From the NCBI GenBank assembly GCA_049322915.1, contig JBMOPW010000026.1, positions 1 to 64,000 on the forward strand: a stretch of 64,000 nt of DNA, read 5' to 3'. Made by a program: the position numbers and the translations under genes. Positions 29,752 to 39,749 of the stretch are shown here, piece after piece; positions within the stretch are counted from its first letter, which is position 1; every line of letters starts with the position of its first letter. Source of the DNA: Candidatus Zhuqueibacterota bacterium (GTDB lineage: Bacteria; Zhuqueibacterota; Zhuqueibacteria; Thermofontimicrobiales; Thermofontimicrobiaceae). The notes under the pieces are model-generated. The model worked only from the letters and a program-made list of their open reading frames with translations. It made no database searches and had not been told where the DNA came from.

Positions 29752-32700
29752 ATGAAATTTATAGCGGATTTGCACATCCATTCCAGTTATTCGCGGGCGA
29801 CGAGCAGCGACCTGACATTCGAGCAGCTCTACAAATGGGCGCAGCTCAAGGGCATTCAGGTGGTCGGCAGCGGCGACATCACGCATCCCAAATGGCTGGA
29901 GGAGATGAAGACAAAGCTGGAACCAGCCGAAGAAGGCTTTTTCCGATTGAAAGAGGAGTTTGCCAATGCCGTGAAATCGGAGATTCCCAAAACGTGCCGG
30001 AATGAAGTCCGCTTTGCCCTGTCCGGCGAAATCAGCAATATTTATAAAAAAGGGGATCGTGTTCGAAAAAACCACAATGTCATCTTTCTGCCCTCGTTCG
30101 ATGTGGCTAAAAAATTCCAGACTGAATTGGATAAAATTGGCAACATTCATTCGGATGGCCGTCCCATTCTGGGATTGGATGCGCGCAATCTGCTGGAGCT
30201 TACGCTCGAATCGCACCCACTTTCTTTTCTGATCCCGGCGCATATCTGGACGCCGTGGTTCTCAGTTCTGGGTTCCAAATCCGGCTTCGATTCAATCGAC
30301 GCCTGCTTCGACGATTTGACGTCCCATATCTTTGCGCTGGAGACAGGGCTTTCATCCGATCCGCCCATGAACTGGCGGCTGTCGCAACTGGATCGCTACA
30401 CCCTCGTCTCCAATTCCGATGCGCATTCGCCGGCAAAATTAGGACGCGAAGCGAATCTGTTCGATTGTGAGTTCAATTACGCCGCCATGCTGGACGCGAT
30501 CAAGAGCGGCGATCCGGCGCGATTCCTCGGAACCATCGAGTTCTTCCCGGAGGAGGGCAAGTATCATGCGGATGGTCATCGGAAATGCAATGCGCGGATG
30601 AATCCGGCGGAGACGAAATCGCATCGCGGACTATGCCCGGTGTGCGGCAAACCGGTGACGGTCGGCGTCCTGAATCGGGTGGAAGAACTGGCCGACCGTC
30701 CGGATGGCGCGCGGCCGGCCAATGCCCGTCCGTTTTACAGTCTGATACCCTTGCCGGAGGTTCTGGCTGAAATTTACAATGTGGGTCCGGCCACAAAAAC
30801 GGTGAAGAAACAGTACGATAAATTGCTGAATAAAATCGGCCCGGAAATGGCCATCCTGTTCGATGCGCCGCTTTCGGAAATTGAGCGGTGGGGCGATTCG
30901 CTTCTGGCGGAAGGCATTCGTCGCATGCGAACCGGTGAAGTCAAGATCGCTGCCGGGTATGACGGCGAATTTGGCACAATTACGTTGTTCACGGACCTGG
31001 AGAGGAAAGAATTCAGCGCACAGGCGGTCTTTTTTAAAGAGGATGAAACCAGATCGTCCGGGAAAAAAACCGTTTCGACCGAGCAGCTCAGCATCATCAC
31101 CGAGGAACCGCCGGTCTATCGCGCCGAGGGGGAGTCGGGCGAAAAAGAGGCCCCTGCGCCCGGTACGGATCTGCCGTCGGCTGACGAGGACGAGACCGGT
31201 TTGAACGGACGCCAGCGCGAAGCCGTGCAATGCGTGGATTCTCACGCGCTCATCATCGCCGGGCCGGGCACCGGCAAAACGAGGACGCTCACATTTCGTA
31301 TCGCTGACCTCATCCGGAAGAAGCAGACGCCGCCGGATCAAATTCTCGCCATCACGTTTACCAATCGGGCTGCCGGTGAAATGCGGGATCGGCTGTATCA
31401 ACTCCTGGACAGGGATATTGCCTCCCGAATCACCGTCAAGACATTTCACGCATTTGGGGCATTGATTCTGTACGAGCAGGCGCAGATTCTGGGGAACCGC
31501 CTGGCGTTTTCAATCTATGGCGAAAACGAAAAAATCAGGCTGCTGCGAAAATTGAATCCGGGTCTGTCCGCCAAAGAGATCAATGAACTGGGGGAGCGTA
31601 TTTCGCAGCGAAAAAATTTAATGCCCACCGATGACGACTCGGCGCAGGCAGACAGCGAGCCGGACGAATCATTCGACGCGCTCTTCGCCAACTACGAAAA
31701 AATACTGGGCCAGCTTCACGCCTATGATTTCGACGACCTGATCGTCCGACCGATCCATCTATTCCGCAATCAGCCGAAGATTCTGAAGAAATACCAGGAG
31801 CGGTTCCAGTGGATTTCTGTGGACGAGTATCAGGACATCAATGCCGGCCAGTACCAGTTGCTGCGCCAGTTGATCGCCCGCAAATCGAATCTCTGCGCCA
31901 TCGGCGACCCGGATCAGGCGATTTATGGCTTCCGCGGCTCCGATAGAAAGTACTTCCTGCAATTCGAGCGCGATTTTCCCGGGACAAAAGTCTTCACGCT
32001 GGAAAAAAACTATCGCTCTGTTTCGACCATTCTGGACGCCTCCCGGCAGGTCATTGCCAGGAATTCGGATCACCAGTCACTGGCGATCTGGTCGCCGCTG
32101 GTCAGCAAAATGAGAATTGACACATTCAGCGTGCCCACGGAGAAAGCGGAGGCCGAGACCATTGTTCACCAGGTCGAGCGAATTGTCGGAGGCACCAGTT
32201 TCTTTTCCGTCGACTCAGGGCGGACGGTGGAAGGTGATTCCGGAGATCGATTGAGTTTCTCGGATATTGCGGTGCTGTTTCGTCTCGGCGCGCAGGTGAA
32301 GCCGATCGAAGAGGCATTTCTTCGATCCGGCATTCCGTTCCAAACGCTGGGCGAGGTGCCGTTCTATGAAATCCCGGAGGTGCGGGAAATCATCTCCTTC
32401 CTGAAGATTATTCACAATCCCCATTCCGATCTGGATCTGTACAGCGTCATCAATGTCCCGCCGCGGGGAATTGGCGAACACACCCTCAATACGGTTTTGA
32501 TTTATCAGAAGACCAATGAACTGTCGTTATGGACAGCCATGGAGCGCATTTCAAGAATTGCCGTGCTCAGCGAGACGCAGAAAAATCCCATCGAGTCATT
32601 CGTCTCCCGTGTGAAAGAGTTGCAGCACGTGCACCACGAGTTTTCCATTCGTGAATTGGTCGATAAAATCGTCGCTCAGTTTGGGTTGAACTCCTACTTC

Positions 32701-33183
32701 AAAAACGATAAAAAACGACATTATTATTGGGATCAGATCAAAGAGTTGAATGCTGACTTTGGCGGGAACCTGTCCGAATTCCTGGAGCGAGTGATGCTGC
32801 AAAAGGAGACTGATGCGCTCGATCCACGGGTGGAAAAAGTGTCGCTGATGACATTGCACGCGGCCAAGGGACTGGAATTTCCGGTCGTCTTCATCGCCGG
32901 CTGCGAAGAAGGATTGATACCGTACCAGCGCGGCGACGGCGCGCCGGCCGACGTGGAAGAGGAGCGTCGGCTGTTTTATGTCGGCATGACCCGCGCAAAA
33001 GAGCGGCTGATTCTGTTGGGCAGCAAGAGCCGGTTCCTGTTCGGGGAACGAAAATCCAATTCGCCCTCCCGCTTTTTAGCCGATATTCAAGAGGCGCTCA
33101 AACAGCATCGGAAGGCCGAATTGAAAGACAGGCCGAAGGTGAAAACCGGCCAGCAGGATGCATCGCAATTGACGCTTTTTTAA
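29752..33183 (+). CDS. PHP/endonuclease Q-family domain fused to UvrD/PcrA SF1 helicase
   Basis: DLHIHS, AHIWTPW, NSDAHS, Zn-finger (RKC..CPVCG); AGPGTGKT, VDEYQD, GDPDQAIYGFRG, NYRS, TLHAAKGLEF, EERRLFYVGMTRA. Confidence 0.94.
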   Translation: MKFIADLHIHSSYSRATSSDLTFEQLYKWAQLKGIQVVGSGDITHPKWLEEMKTKLEPAEEGFFRLKEEFANAVKSEIPKTCRNEVRFALSGEISNIYKKGDRVRKNHNVIFLPSFDVAKKFQTELDKIGNIHSDGRPILGLDARNLLELTLESHPLSFLIPAHIWTPWFSVLGSKSGFDSIDACFDDLTSHIFALETGLSSDPPMNWRLSQLDRYTLVSNSDAHSPAKLGREANLFDCEFNYAAMLDAIKSGDPARFLGTIEFFPEEGKYHADGHRKCNARMNPAETKSHRGLCPVCGKPVTVGVLNRVEELADRPDGARPANARPFYSLIPLPEVLAEIYNVGPATKTVKKQYDKLLNKIGPEMAILFDAPLSEIERWGDSLLAEGIRRMRTGEVKIAAGYDGEFGTITLFTDLERKEFSAQAVFFKEDETRSSGKKTVSTEQLSIITEEPPVYRAEGESGEKEAPAPGTDLPSADEDETGLNGRQREAVQCVDSHALIIAGPGTGKTRTLTFRIADLIRKKQTPPDQILAITFTNRAAGEMRDRLYQLLDRDIASRITVKTFHAFGALILYEQAQILGNRLAFSIYGENEKIRLLRKLNPGLSAKEINELGERISQRKNLMPTDDDSAQADSEPDESFDALFANYEKILGQLHAYDFDDLIVRPIHLFRNQPKILKKYQERFQWISVDEYQDINAGQYQLLRQLIARKSNLCAIGDPDQAIYGFRGSDRKYFLQFERDFPGTKVFTLEKNYRSVSTILDASRQVIARNSDHQSLAIWSPLVSKMRIDTFSVPTEKAEAETIVHQVERIVGGTSFFSVDSGRTVEGDSGDRLSFSDIAVLFRLGAQVKPIEEAFLRSGIPFQTLGEVPFYEIPEVREIISFLKIIHNPHSDLDLYSVINVPPRGIGEHTLNTVLIYQKTNELSLWTAMERISRIAVLSETQKNPIESFVSRVKELQHVHHEFSIRELVDKIVAQFGLNSYFKNDKKRHYYWDQIKELNADFGGNLSEFLERVMLQKETDALDPRVEKVSLMTLHAAKGLEFPVVFIAGCEEGLIPYQRGDGAPADVEEERRLFYVGMTRAKERLILLGSKSRFLFGERKSNSPSRFLADIQEALKQHRKAELKDRPKVKTGQQDASQLTLF

Positions 33184-33205
33184 TTGGTGTCTGAATGAAA
33201 ACTAT

Positions 33206-33342
33206 TAATATGAATAACCGGTTAAATGCATGTACAATAAATTCAATACTTTTTTGTACCTGTAGAGGACGGTCGCGACCATCCACTACGCGTATGTCCA
33301 GTGATAGTGTAGGCGCCAAAATTTAACCGGCCATTCATATTA
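33206..33342. mobile_element. MITE-like element family A, copy 2 (137 bp)
   Basis: TIR taatatgaataaccggttaaat / atttaaccggccattcatatta (20/22 match); body colinear with 3691-3828. Confidence 0.78.
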
Positions 33343-33448
33343 CTATCATAGATTCTTACTACCCGAAAAACGAGAATTTTGTTCACGATTTTCTGGAAAA
33401 TTAGAAATCAACGTGAAGGAAAATTTTTTCAGTTTATTAAAAAAAAAT

Positions 33449-33551
33449 TATCCGTGCAAATGCGCCGAAGGACGCATCTGCCTTTGGCATGATCCGTGCG
33501 GAACGTCCGCCATCTTTTTGGCGGATTATCAGTGTCATCTGCGTTCTATGA
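33449..33551. repeat. REP-like repeat family C, copy 2 (inverted)
   Basis: Contains the exact reverse complement of the 28-nt core at 29515-29542. Confidence 0.7.
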
Positions 33552-33740
33552 TTTGTTTGGAAGTTTACTTCGTTAGTGTTTAGTTAAAACCAGATTTCGT
33601 TCGTTCACAAATTATCGAGGCGGATGAAAAATCATCGAATGAAAATGATTTTATGAACTATAACCGGCGCGACGACCCGCCGCCCACCCGGTTATCGCGT
33701 CCCCCTGTTCTGCAATTCACACGGCTGAAGGAGCTTTTCG

Positions 33741-36638
33741 ATGAAAAGAACTACAGTTTGTCTTTTTGTGATCCTCACCATTCTTGCCAGCATCCCTCTG
33801 ATTCGGGCCCAGGAATCCGAAAAAAAACTATATCGAATTTATGCCACAACGCCGGATCAGGTGAAGCGACTGGCGCAGCAGGGATTTGATATTTACAATA
33901 TTGAACCTGGTGTCTCTATCGATGTGCTGGCATTGCCTGACCGCGTTGCCCAATTGGGTGAAGCGCAATTGAAGATTGAAGTTATCGCTGAAAATTTCAA
34001 AGAACTCATCGAACGGGAATACGGCGAACAGCTCAGCCAATTTCATAATTATGCAACGACCTATCAGGAACTAACTGCATTCGCGCATGACGCTGAGTAC
34101 CCGCCCATTGCGCGGCTGGATACCATCGGCCATTCGGTCGCCCGGCGGGTGATTGGCGCGCTCAAAGTATCCGACAATCCTGACCTAACCGAAGACGAGC
34201 CTGTGATCCTGTTCGCCGGCTGTCACCACGGCAATGAGTTGCTCAGCATCGAAGCGCCGCTGACATTCATTCGCTATCTGATGGATCATTATGGCTACGA
34301 TCCTGTGATCACGCGCTGGGTAGATAGCTACGAAATCTGGTTCATCCCGCTCGTCAATCCGGATGGACGCGAGGCATTTCGCCGGCACAATAACAGTGAT
34401 GTGGATTTGAACCGGAATTACTCGTTTCAGTTTATTCCCGGCGGCACCCATGGCCCGGAACCATTTTCCGAGCCGGAGACGCGGGCTGTCCGCGATTTCG
34501 CCGCGCAGCACCCGCCAGTGCTCAGCCTCACTTACCATACGTACGGCGAATTGGTGCTCTATTCGTGGACGCACACCGACGGGATTGCTCCGGATAACGA
34601 CGTGTTGATCCAGGTCGGTGGTACGGTGGCTGATTCTCTGAATTATACGCTGCGCCAGGGCGGACGCTGGTATTTCACCGAGGGGGAATATTGTGATTTC
34701 ATGTACGGTGTTCATGGTTGTCTGGCCTTCACCATTGAAATGTATACCAGCCATCCGGAATCGCCGGTCATGATCGACGAAGTGATGGCGAGAAATTTGC
34801 CCGGTTTTATCGCCATGATGAACCTGGCGGAGAAATCGGGAATCACCGGGCTGGTCACGGATGCGGAGACCGGCGCCCCGATTCAGGCGACCATCGATAT
34901 TCTTGAAATTGATGATCAAGACTTGCTCTATCCGCGAATGAGCAATCTTCAGTTTGGCCGATTCTATCGCTATCTGACGCCGGCTCAATATACTGTTAAA
35001 ATTTCCGCTGCCGGTTACGAGTCAATCGTTTACCGCGATGTGCCGGTGACAATGGACAGCCTGATTGTGCTGGATGCCCAACTGATAAGCACGGCGTATC
35101 TCAGCGTGGCGGCAATGCGCATTGATGATGATTCGCTCGGCGTCAGCGCCGGCAATGGCGATGGCAATTTGAATAACGCCGAGACAATTCGGCTGAGTCT
35201 GACGGTTGCAAACCAGCAGCCCATCCCGGCAAGCCAGGTGTATGCGTCGTTGTCCACTGAAAATTCCAATGTGGAATTCCTGTGCGACAGCCTGTTCATC
35301 GGCGAGGTGGGGCCCAATTCCTCTGTGAGCCTGGACTCGTTCCTGTTTCGTATTCTGCCCTCAGCCGCGGACAGCGAAAAAGTGGAATTGATCCTGCGCC
35401 TTCGGGAAACTTCGGGAATGGAGTGGAGCCATCAATTCCTGTTCGAAGTATTCGCCCCGACTATGTCGTTGGAGGATGTGACGGTGAATGATTTGGCTGG
35501 AAATCAGAATGGCGTTTTGAATAACGGTGAGACCGTGCAGCTAATATTCGCGATCAATAATAATGGCCGGCAGTCGCTGACCGATCTGGTGGGTGTGCTG
35601 AGCGCGAACGACGCCTACCTGGAGATCCTTCAGGACACTGTGCGCCTTTCGAGGATCGCCATGGGGCAGACGGTCTGTTTTTCCTTTGACGTCCATTTAA
35701 AGGAAACAACGCCTCAGTTTTATACTGTCGATACGAAGCTGGCGATCTCGGCGCCGCAGAAATCGGGTTTCCAGAAACACGTTCCGATCAACAATGTGGA
35801 CGGGCTGTTCGACAATTTCGAGTTTACGGTGGATGGATGGGTGCATAAATCGTGGATGCTGTCTGCCAACTACCACGACGACTGGCAGCGCGGCCGGCCG
35901 CAGGGCAAGGGCGGCGATCCCCGGTTGCCCTATTCCGGCATGAGCTGCTGGGGGACGGACATGGGATATGATGATTATGAAGGGCTGTCATGGGATGGCT
36001 GTTATCAGGCGTCCGTCAACAATTATCTGCTGTCCCCGGTCATCGATTGCAGAGGGCTTTCGGACGTGGGGCTGCGATTCATGCGCTGGCTCAATGTCGC
36101 GGCCGGGGACGAAGCGCGCGTCAGGGTCAATTACCAGATTGTCTGGGAGAGTCCGGCCAATGGGCTTCGCGATGCGCAGTGGCAGGAGCAACTCATCGAT
36201 ATTTCAGCCTATGCGGATAACCGCGCCTCGGTCAGAATCATGTTCGAGCTACAGTCAAACAGCGATAATGTTATCGTCGGCGGCTGGAACATCGACGATT
36301 TTCTGGTGACCGGAGATCTGGTTTCCGGCGTGGCGGAGAAGCCGGAGACGGACATCAGCGCTGACTACCGGCTCTATGAAAATTATCCCAATCCATTCAA
36401 TCCTCTCACGCACATTTCGTTTCAACTGCCGGCGCGCGGATTTGTCGACCTGAAAATTTATGACATCCTGGGTCGGGAGATCAGATCGCTGGTGCAGGAC
36501 GTTCAGGAGGCCGGCGTGCACCAGGTCGCCTGGGATGGCAACGATGAATCAGGAAATGCAGTGGCTTCGGGAGTGTATTTTTGCCGGATGAAGAGTTCCG
36601 ATTTCGGGGCCACCCGGAAGCTCCTTCTATTGAAATGA
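33741..36638 (+). CDS. Secreted M14 zinc carboxypeptidase with Ig-like domains and FlgD/T9SS-type CTD
   Basis: HHGNE, NPDG, DLNRN, TYHTY, FTIEM; duplicated GNxxGxLNNxET domains; ENYPNPFNP...KLLLLK terminus. Confidence 0.92.
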   Translation: MKRTTVCLFVILTILASIPLIRAQESEKKLYRIYATTPDQVKRLAQQGFDIYNIEPGVSIDVLALPDRVAQLGEAQLKIEVIAENFKELIEREYGEQLSQFHNYATTYQELTAFAHDAEYPPIARLDTIGHSVARRVIGALKVSDNPDLTEDEPVILFAGCHHGNELLSIEAPLTFIRYLMDHYGYDPVITRWVDSYEIWFIPLVNPDGREAFRRHNNSDVDLNRNYSFQFIPGGTHGPEPFSEPETRAVRDFAAQHPPVLSLTYHTYGELVLYSWTHTDGIAPDNDVLIQVGGTVADSLNYTLRQGGRWYFTEGEYCDFMYGVHGCLAFTIEMYTSHPESPVMIDEVMARNLPGFIAMMNLAEKSGITGLVTDAETGAPIQATIDILEIDDQDLLYPRMSNLQFGRFYRYLTPAQYTVKISAAGYESIVYRDVPVTMDSLIVLDAQLISTAYLSVAAMRIDDDSLGVSAGNGDGNLNNAETIRLSLTVANQQPIPASQVYASLSTENSNVEFLCDSLFIGEVGPNSSVSLDSFLFRILPSAADSEKVELILRLRETSGMEWSHQFLFEVFAPTMSLEDVTVNDLAGNQNGVLNNGETVQLIFAINNNGRQSLTDLVGVLSANDAYLEILQDTVRLSRIAMGQTVCFSFDVHLKETTPQFYTVDTKLAISAPQKSGFQKHVPINNVDGLFDNFEFTVDGWVHKSWMLSANYHDDWQRGRPQGKGGDPRLPYSGMSCWGTDMGYDDYEGLSWDGCYQASVNNYLLSPVIDCRGLSDVGLRFMRWLNVAAGDEARVRVNYQIVWESPANGLRDAQWQEQLIDISAYADNRASVRIMFELQSNSDNVIVGGWNIDDFLVTGDLVSGVAEKPETDISADYRLYENYPNPFNPLTHISFQLPARGFVDLKIYDILGREIRSLVQDVQEAGVHQVAWDGNDESGNAVASGVYFCRMKSSDFGATRKLLLLK

Positions 36639-36668
36639 AGGAACAGCAGGGCAGAGGCGATCACTCGG

Positions 36669-38306
36669 TCACCGGCCGGCGAAGATGGCTTCGATGCCGG
36701 TCCGAACAATCTCATAGTCCAGCGACTGAATGGTGCAGGCGCCAATGGCTTCCAGCAACACGAATTGCAGGCCGGCGTCGGTCATTTTTTTATCGACTTT
36801 GATGGCGTCGAGGATTGCATCGACTGTGACGCGGCGCGGCATGCTCGGTTTTTCCAATCGCTGGAGCAGCGCCCGAATTCTGTCAGCGTCCGAAGATGGT
36901 AGCTGGCAGGCCTCCTGCGACATGGTTGTGGCCGCTAACATTCCCCAGATGACCGCTTCTCCGTGGCGAAAATAGGCGTAGTCGGTCAGCTTTTCCAGCG
37001 CATGGCCGATGGTGTGGCCGAAATTCAGGACGCGCCGCATGCCGGATTCCCTTTCGTCCTTCTCCACAACATCGGCTTTCAACTGGCAGCAGGTGTGAAT
37101 GACATGCATCAGCGAATCGGCATTGTCGAGAGAAATAATGTCGTCGAGATGCGCTTCGAGATAGTTGAAAAAGCCGCTGTCGAGAATCAGGCCGTATTTG
37201 ATCACCTCAGCCAGACCGTTGTAAATTTCCCGTTCCGGGAGCGTGCGCGTGGTCGTCGGGTCGATCCAGACCAGGTGCGGCTGGTAAAAAGCGCCGATGC
37301 TGTTTTTAGCCAGCGGGTGATTGATGCCCACCTTCCCGCCGACGCTGCTATCCACCTGGGCTAACAGCGATGTGGGAATCTGGACGAATCGCACGCCCCG
37401 TAAAAAGGTCGCCGCAATGAACCCGGCCAAATCGCCGACAACGCCGCCGCCCAGCGCAACCATGACGATCTCGCGGTGAAATCGATGGGCCAGCAGCCAT
37501 GTGAAAATTGACTCAGCCGTGGACATAGATTTTGATTCCTCGCCCGGCGTGATTTTGTAGATGTAACAAGCGCTGCCGACCGCTTCCAGCGACTGGCGGA
37601 CAATCCCTGAATAATGGCGGTCGACATTTTCATCAGTCACCACGACATAGATTTTCGCCGGGGTATATTGATGAATTTCCTTGCCGCATTCGGACAGGCT
37701 GTCCGATGCAACGATGAGCGGATAGGTCCGCTCGCCCAGATTGACGTGAAGGCTGTTCATGGACGTCTGTTTTTCATTCCTGTCGGTAATGGGGAGTTGT
37801 TCTAAAATCATTGCAAGAGTCTGTTCCGGGGATGTCCCCTCGTCCCCGGTGATGGTGACATCTGCCAGTTGGTACAGCGGAATCCTCTCGCTCACCATGC
37901 GTTGGACATGGTCGAATGTAATTTCGGCCGATGTTGTTTTCAGCAGCGGCCGGTCCTGACTTGCGTGAATTCTTCGAAACAGCACCTCCGCCGGCCAGCT
38001 CAGATATACGGTGACGCCGCTCCGCTTCATCGTCTCCCTGTTTTTCGGGGCTAATACAATCCCTCCGCCGGTGGCGATCACTTTCCTGCCGAAATGGCTG
38101 ATGTTCCGGAGAGCCGTCGATTCCCGCTGCCGAAAATAGGTCTCGCCGTGCTTTTCAAAAATCTCAGGGATGCCAAGCCCGGCTTCCTGCTCTATCCGTT
38201 CATCCAGATCGATGAATTCCCGATTCAATGCTTTGGCCAATAGCTTTCCGACGGTTGTTTTTCCGGCGCCCATAAAACCGATAAGATAGATATGCACGTT
38301 GCGCAT
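36669..38306 (-). CDS. aroB: Bifunctional shikimate kinase / 3-dehydroquinate synthase (AroK-AroB fusion)
   Basis: GFMGAGKTT, ATGGG (AroK); GGGVVGD, DSSVGGK, LNFGHTIGHA (AroB). Confidence 0.95.
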   Translation of the reverse strand: MRNVHIYLIGFMGAGKTTVGKLLAKALNREFIDLDERIEQEAGLGIPEIFEKHGETYFRQRESTALRNISHFGRKVIATGGGIVLAPKNRETMKRSGVTVYLSWPAEVLFRRIHASQDRPLLKTTSAEITFDHVQRMVSERIPLYQLADVTITGDEGTSPEQTLAMILEQLPITDRNEKQTSMNSLHVNLGERTYPLIVASDSLSECGKEIHQYTPAKIYVVVTDENVDRHYSGIVRQSLEAVGSACYIYKITPGEESKSMSTAESIFTWLLAHRFHREIVMVALGGGVVGDLAGFIAATFLRGVRFVQIPTSLLAQVDSSVGGKVGINHPLAKNSIGAFYQPHLVWIDPTTTRTLPEREIYNGLAEVIKYGLILDSGFFNYLEAHLDDIISLDNADSLMHVIHTCCQLKADVVEKDERESGMRRVLNFGHTIGHALEKLTDYAYFRHGEAVIWGMLAATTMSQEACQLPSSDADRIRALLQRLEKPSMPRRVTVDAILDAIKVDKKMTDAGLQFVLLEAIGACTIQSLDYEIVRTGIEAIFAGR

Positions 38307-38342
38307 CGCCCTCTGCGTTCAGATTTCAAAGAAAAATTAAAT

Positions 38343-38468
38343 CTGCTCAGGTTCCAGGTTTAAAGGTTCCCGGTTCAGGGTTAATAAAAATATTCATTTA
38401 TAAATATAAAAACGAAAGGATTCTAACCTTGAACCCGGAACTCTGAACCAGCCAACCCAAGTCGTTAC
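38343..38468. repeat. Intergenic element with GGTTC/GAACC short repeats
   Basis: ctgctcaggttccaggtttaaaggttcccggttcagggtta matches the reverse complement of 42367-42410. Confidence 0.65.
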
Positions 38469-38504
38469 GAAAAATTGAAGCATAATTCCCATGGGAAACA
38501 CGAA

Positions 38505-39749
38505 TTAATCCACCAGTCCCAGTCGCCAATCCCCCAGACTGAATCGTTGCAGCAAATCCAGTTGCCGCTCGTACAGCACGTTTTCCATATTCTCTTTCAT
38601 TTCAGCAATGGAATCGCCGCCAAATTTTTTGCACACCTGATCCGCCAGTACCAGCGCGACCATGGCTTCGGCGATGATTGAAGCGGAAGGGACTGCGCAA
38701 ATATCGCTTCGTTTTTTATGCCGCTGTCCCGGCGTCTTTTCCTGGATGTTCACCGATTTCAACGGCCGGATCAGTGTGGGAATGGGTTTCATGGTGGCGG
38801 TGATGATGATCGGCTCGCCATTACTGACGCCGCCTTCAATGCCGCCGGCGTGATTGGTTGGGCGCTTGTATTTCTGCATCTGCTGCTCCCAGAAAATTTC
38901 GTCATGAACCTCGGACCCGTACTTGCCGGAAAGCGCAGGGCCGTCGCCTATCTCCACCGTTTTGATGGCGGGGATGCTCATCACTGCCTGAGCCAGTAAG
39001 CCATCCAACCGTTGATCCCACTGGGAGTAACTGCCCAATCCGACCGGAATATGCAGCGCCATCACCGAAATTCGTCCACCGACGCTGTCGCCTTTGGTTT
39101 TCGCCTCATCGATGGCGGATTTCATCGCCTGGCTGGTGGCCTCATCGCTGCAATGCACCTCGGACTTCTCGATTGTCTTTCGGACTTTCTCGATTTGATC
39201 GTCGGTCGCGTCCTGTAGCTGCGTGTAAACCGGTTGCGCAAGCTGGACCTTTCCGATCTGAATGACTTCGCTGAAAATGAAGATATTGAAGAATTCGAGC
39301 AACTGTCTGGCAATGGCGCCTAACGCCACCCGCGCCGCACTCTCCCTGGCGCTGGCGCGTTCGATGACATTTCGGATGTCTGTGTGAAGATACTTCAGGC
39401 TGCCGGCCAGATCCGCGTGACCCGGTCGCGGCACCATCACTTTTTCCAGTCCCTGAGGCGGCGCGCCCCACACGGCCATTTCTTTGGACCAGTTCACCCA
39501 ATCCTTGTTTTCAATGAAAACAGAAATCGGGCTGCCGATGGTCTGGCCGAACCGTATGCCTGAAAAAATTTCTGCCCGGTCTTTTTCAATATTCATCCGC
39601 GTGCCGCGGCCATATCCCTTCTGTCGCCGCGCCAACTCCTGTTGAATCAGTTCTTCTGAAACGGACAGCCCTGAAGGAATTCCATCAATGATGCCAATCA
39701 AGCCTTTTCCGTGCGATTCGCCGGCTGTTCTCCAGGTTATTCCTGACAT
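38505..39749 (-). CDS. aroC: Chorismate synthase
   Basis: TAGESHG, PRPGHAD, ERASARE, GGIEGGVSNG, RSD motifs. Confidence 0.96.
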   Translation of the reverse strand: MSGITWRTAGESHGKGLIGIIDGIPSGLSVSEELIQQELARRQKGYGRGTRMNIEKDRAEIFSGIRFGQTIGSPISVFIENKDWVNWSKEMAVWGAPPQGLEKVMVPRPGHADLAGSLKYLHTDIRNVIERASARESAARVALGAIARQLLEFFNIFIFSEVIQIGKVQLAQPVYTQLQDATDDQIEKVRKTIEKSEVHCSDEATSQAMKSAIDEAKTKGDSVGGRISVMALHIPVGLGSYSQWDQRLDGLLAQAVMSIPAIKTVEIGDGPALSGKYGSEVHDEIFWEQQMQKYKRPTNHAGGIEGGVSNGEPIIITATMKPIPTLIRPLKSVNIQEKTPGQRHKKRSDICAVPSASIIAEAMVALVLADQVCKKFGGDSIAEMKENMENVLYERQLDLLQRFSLGDWRLGLVD

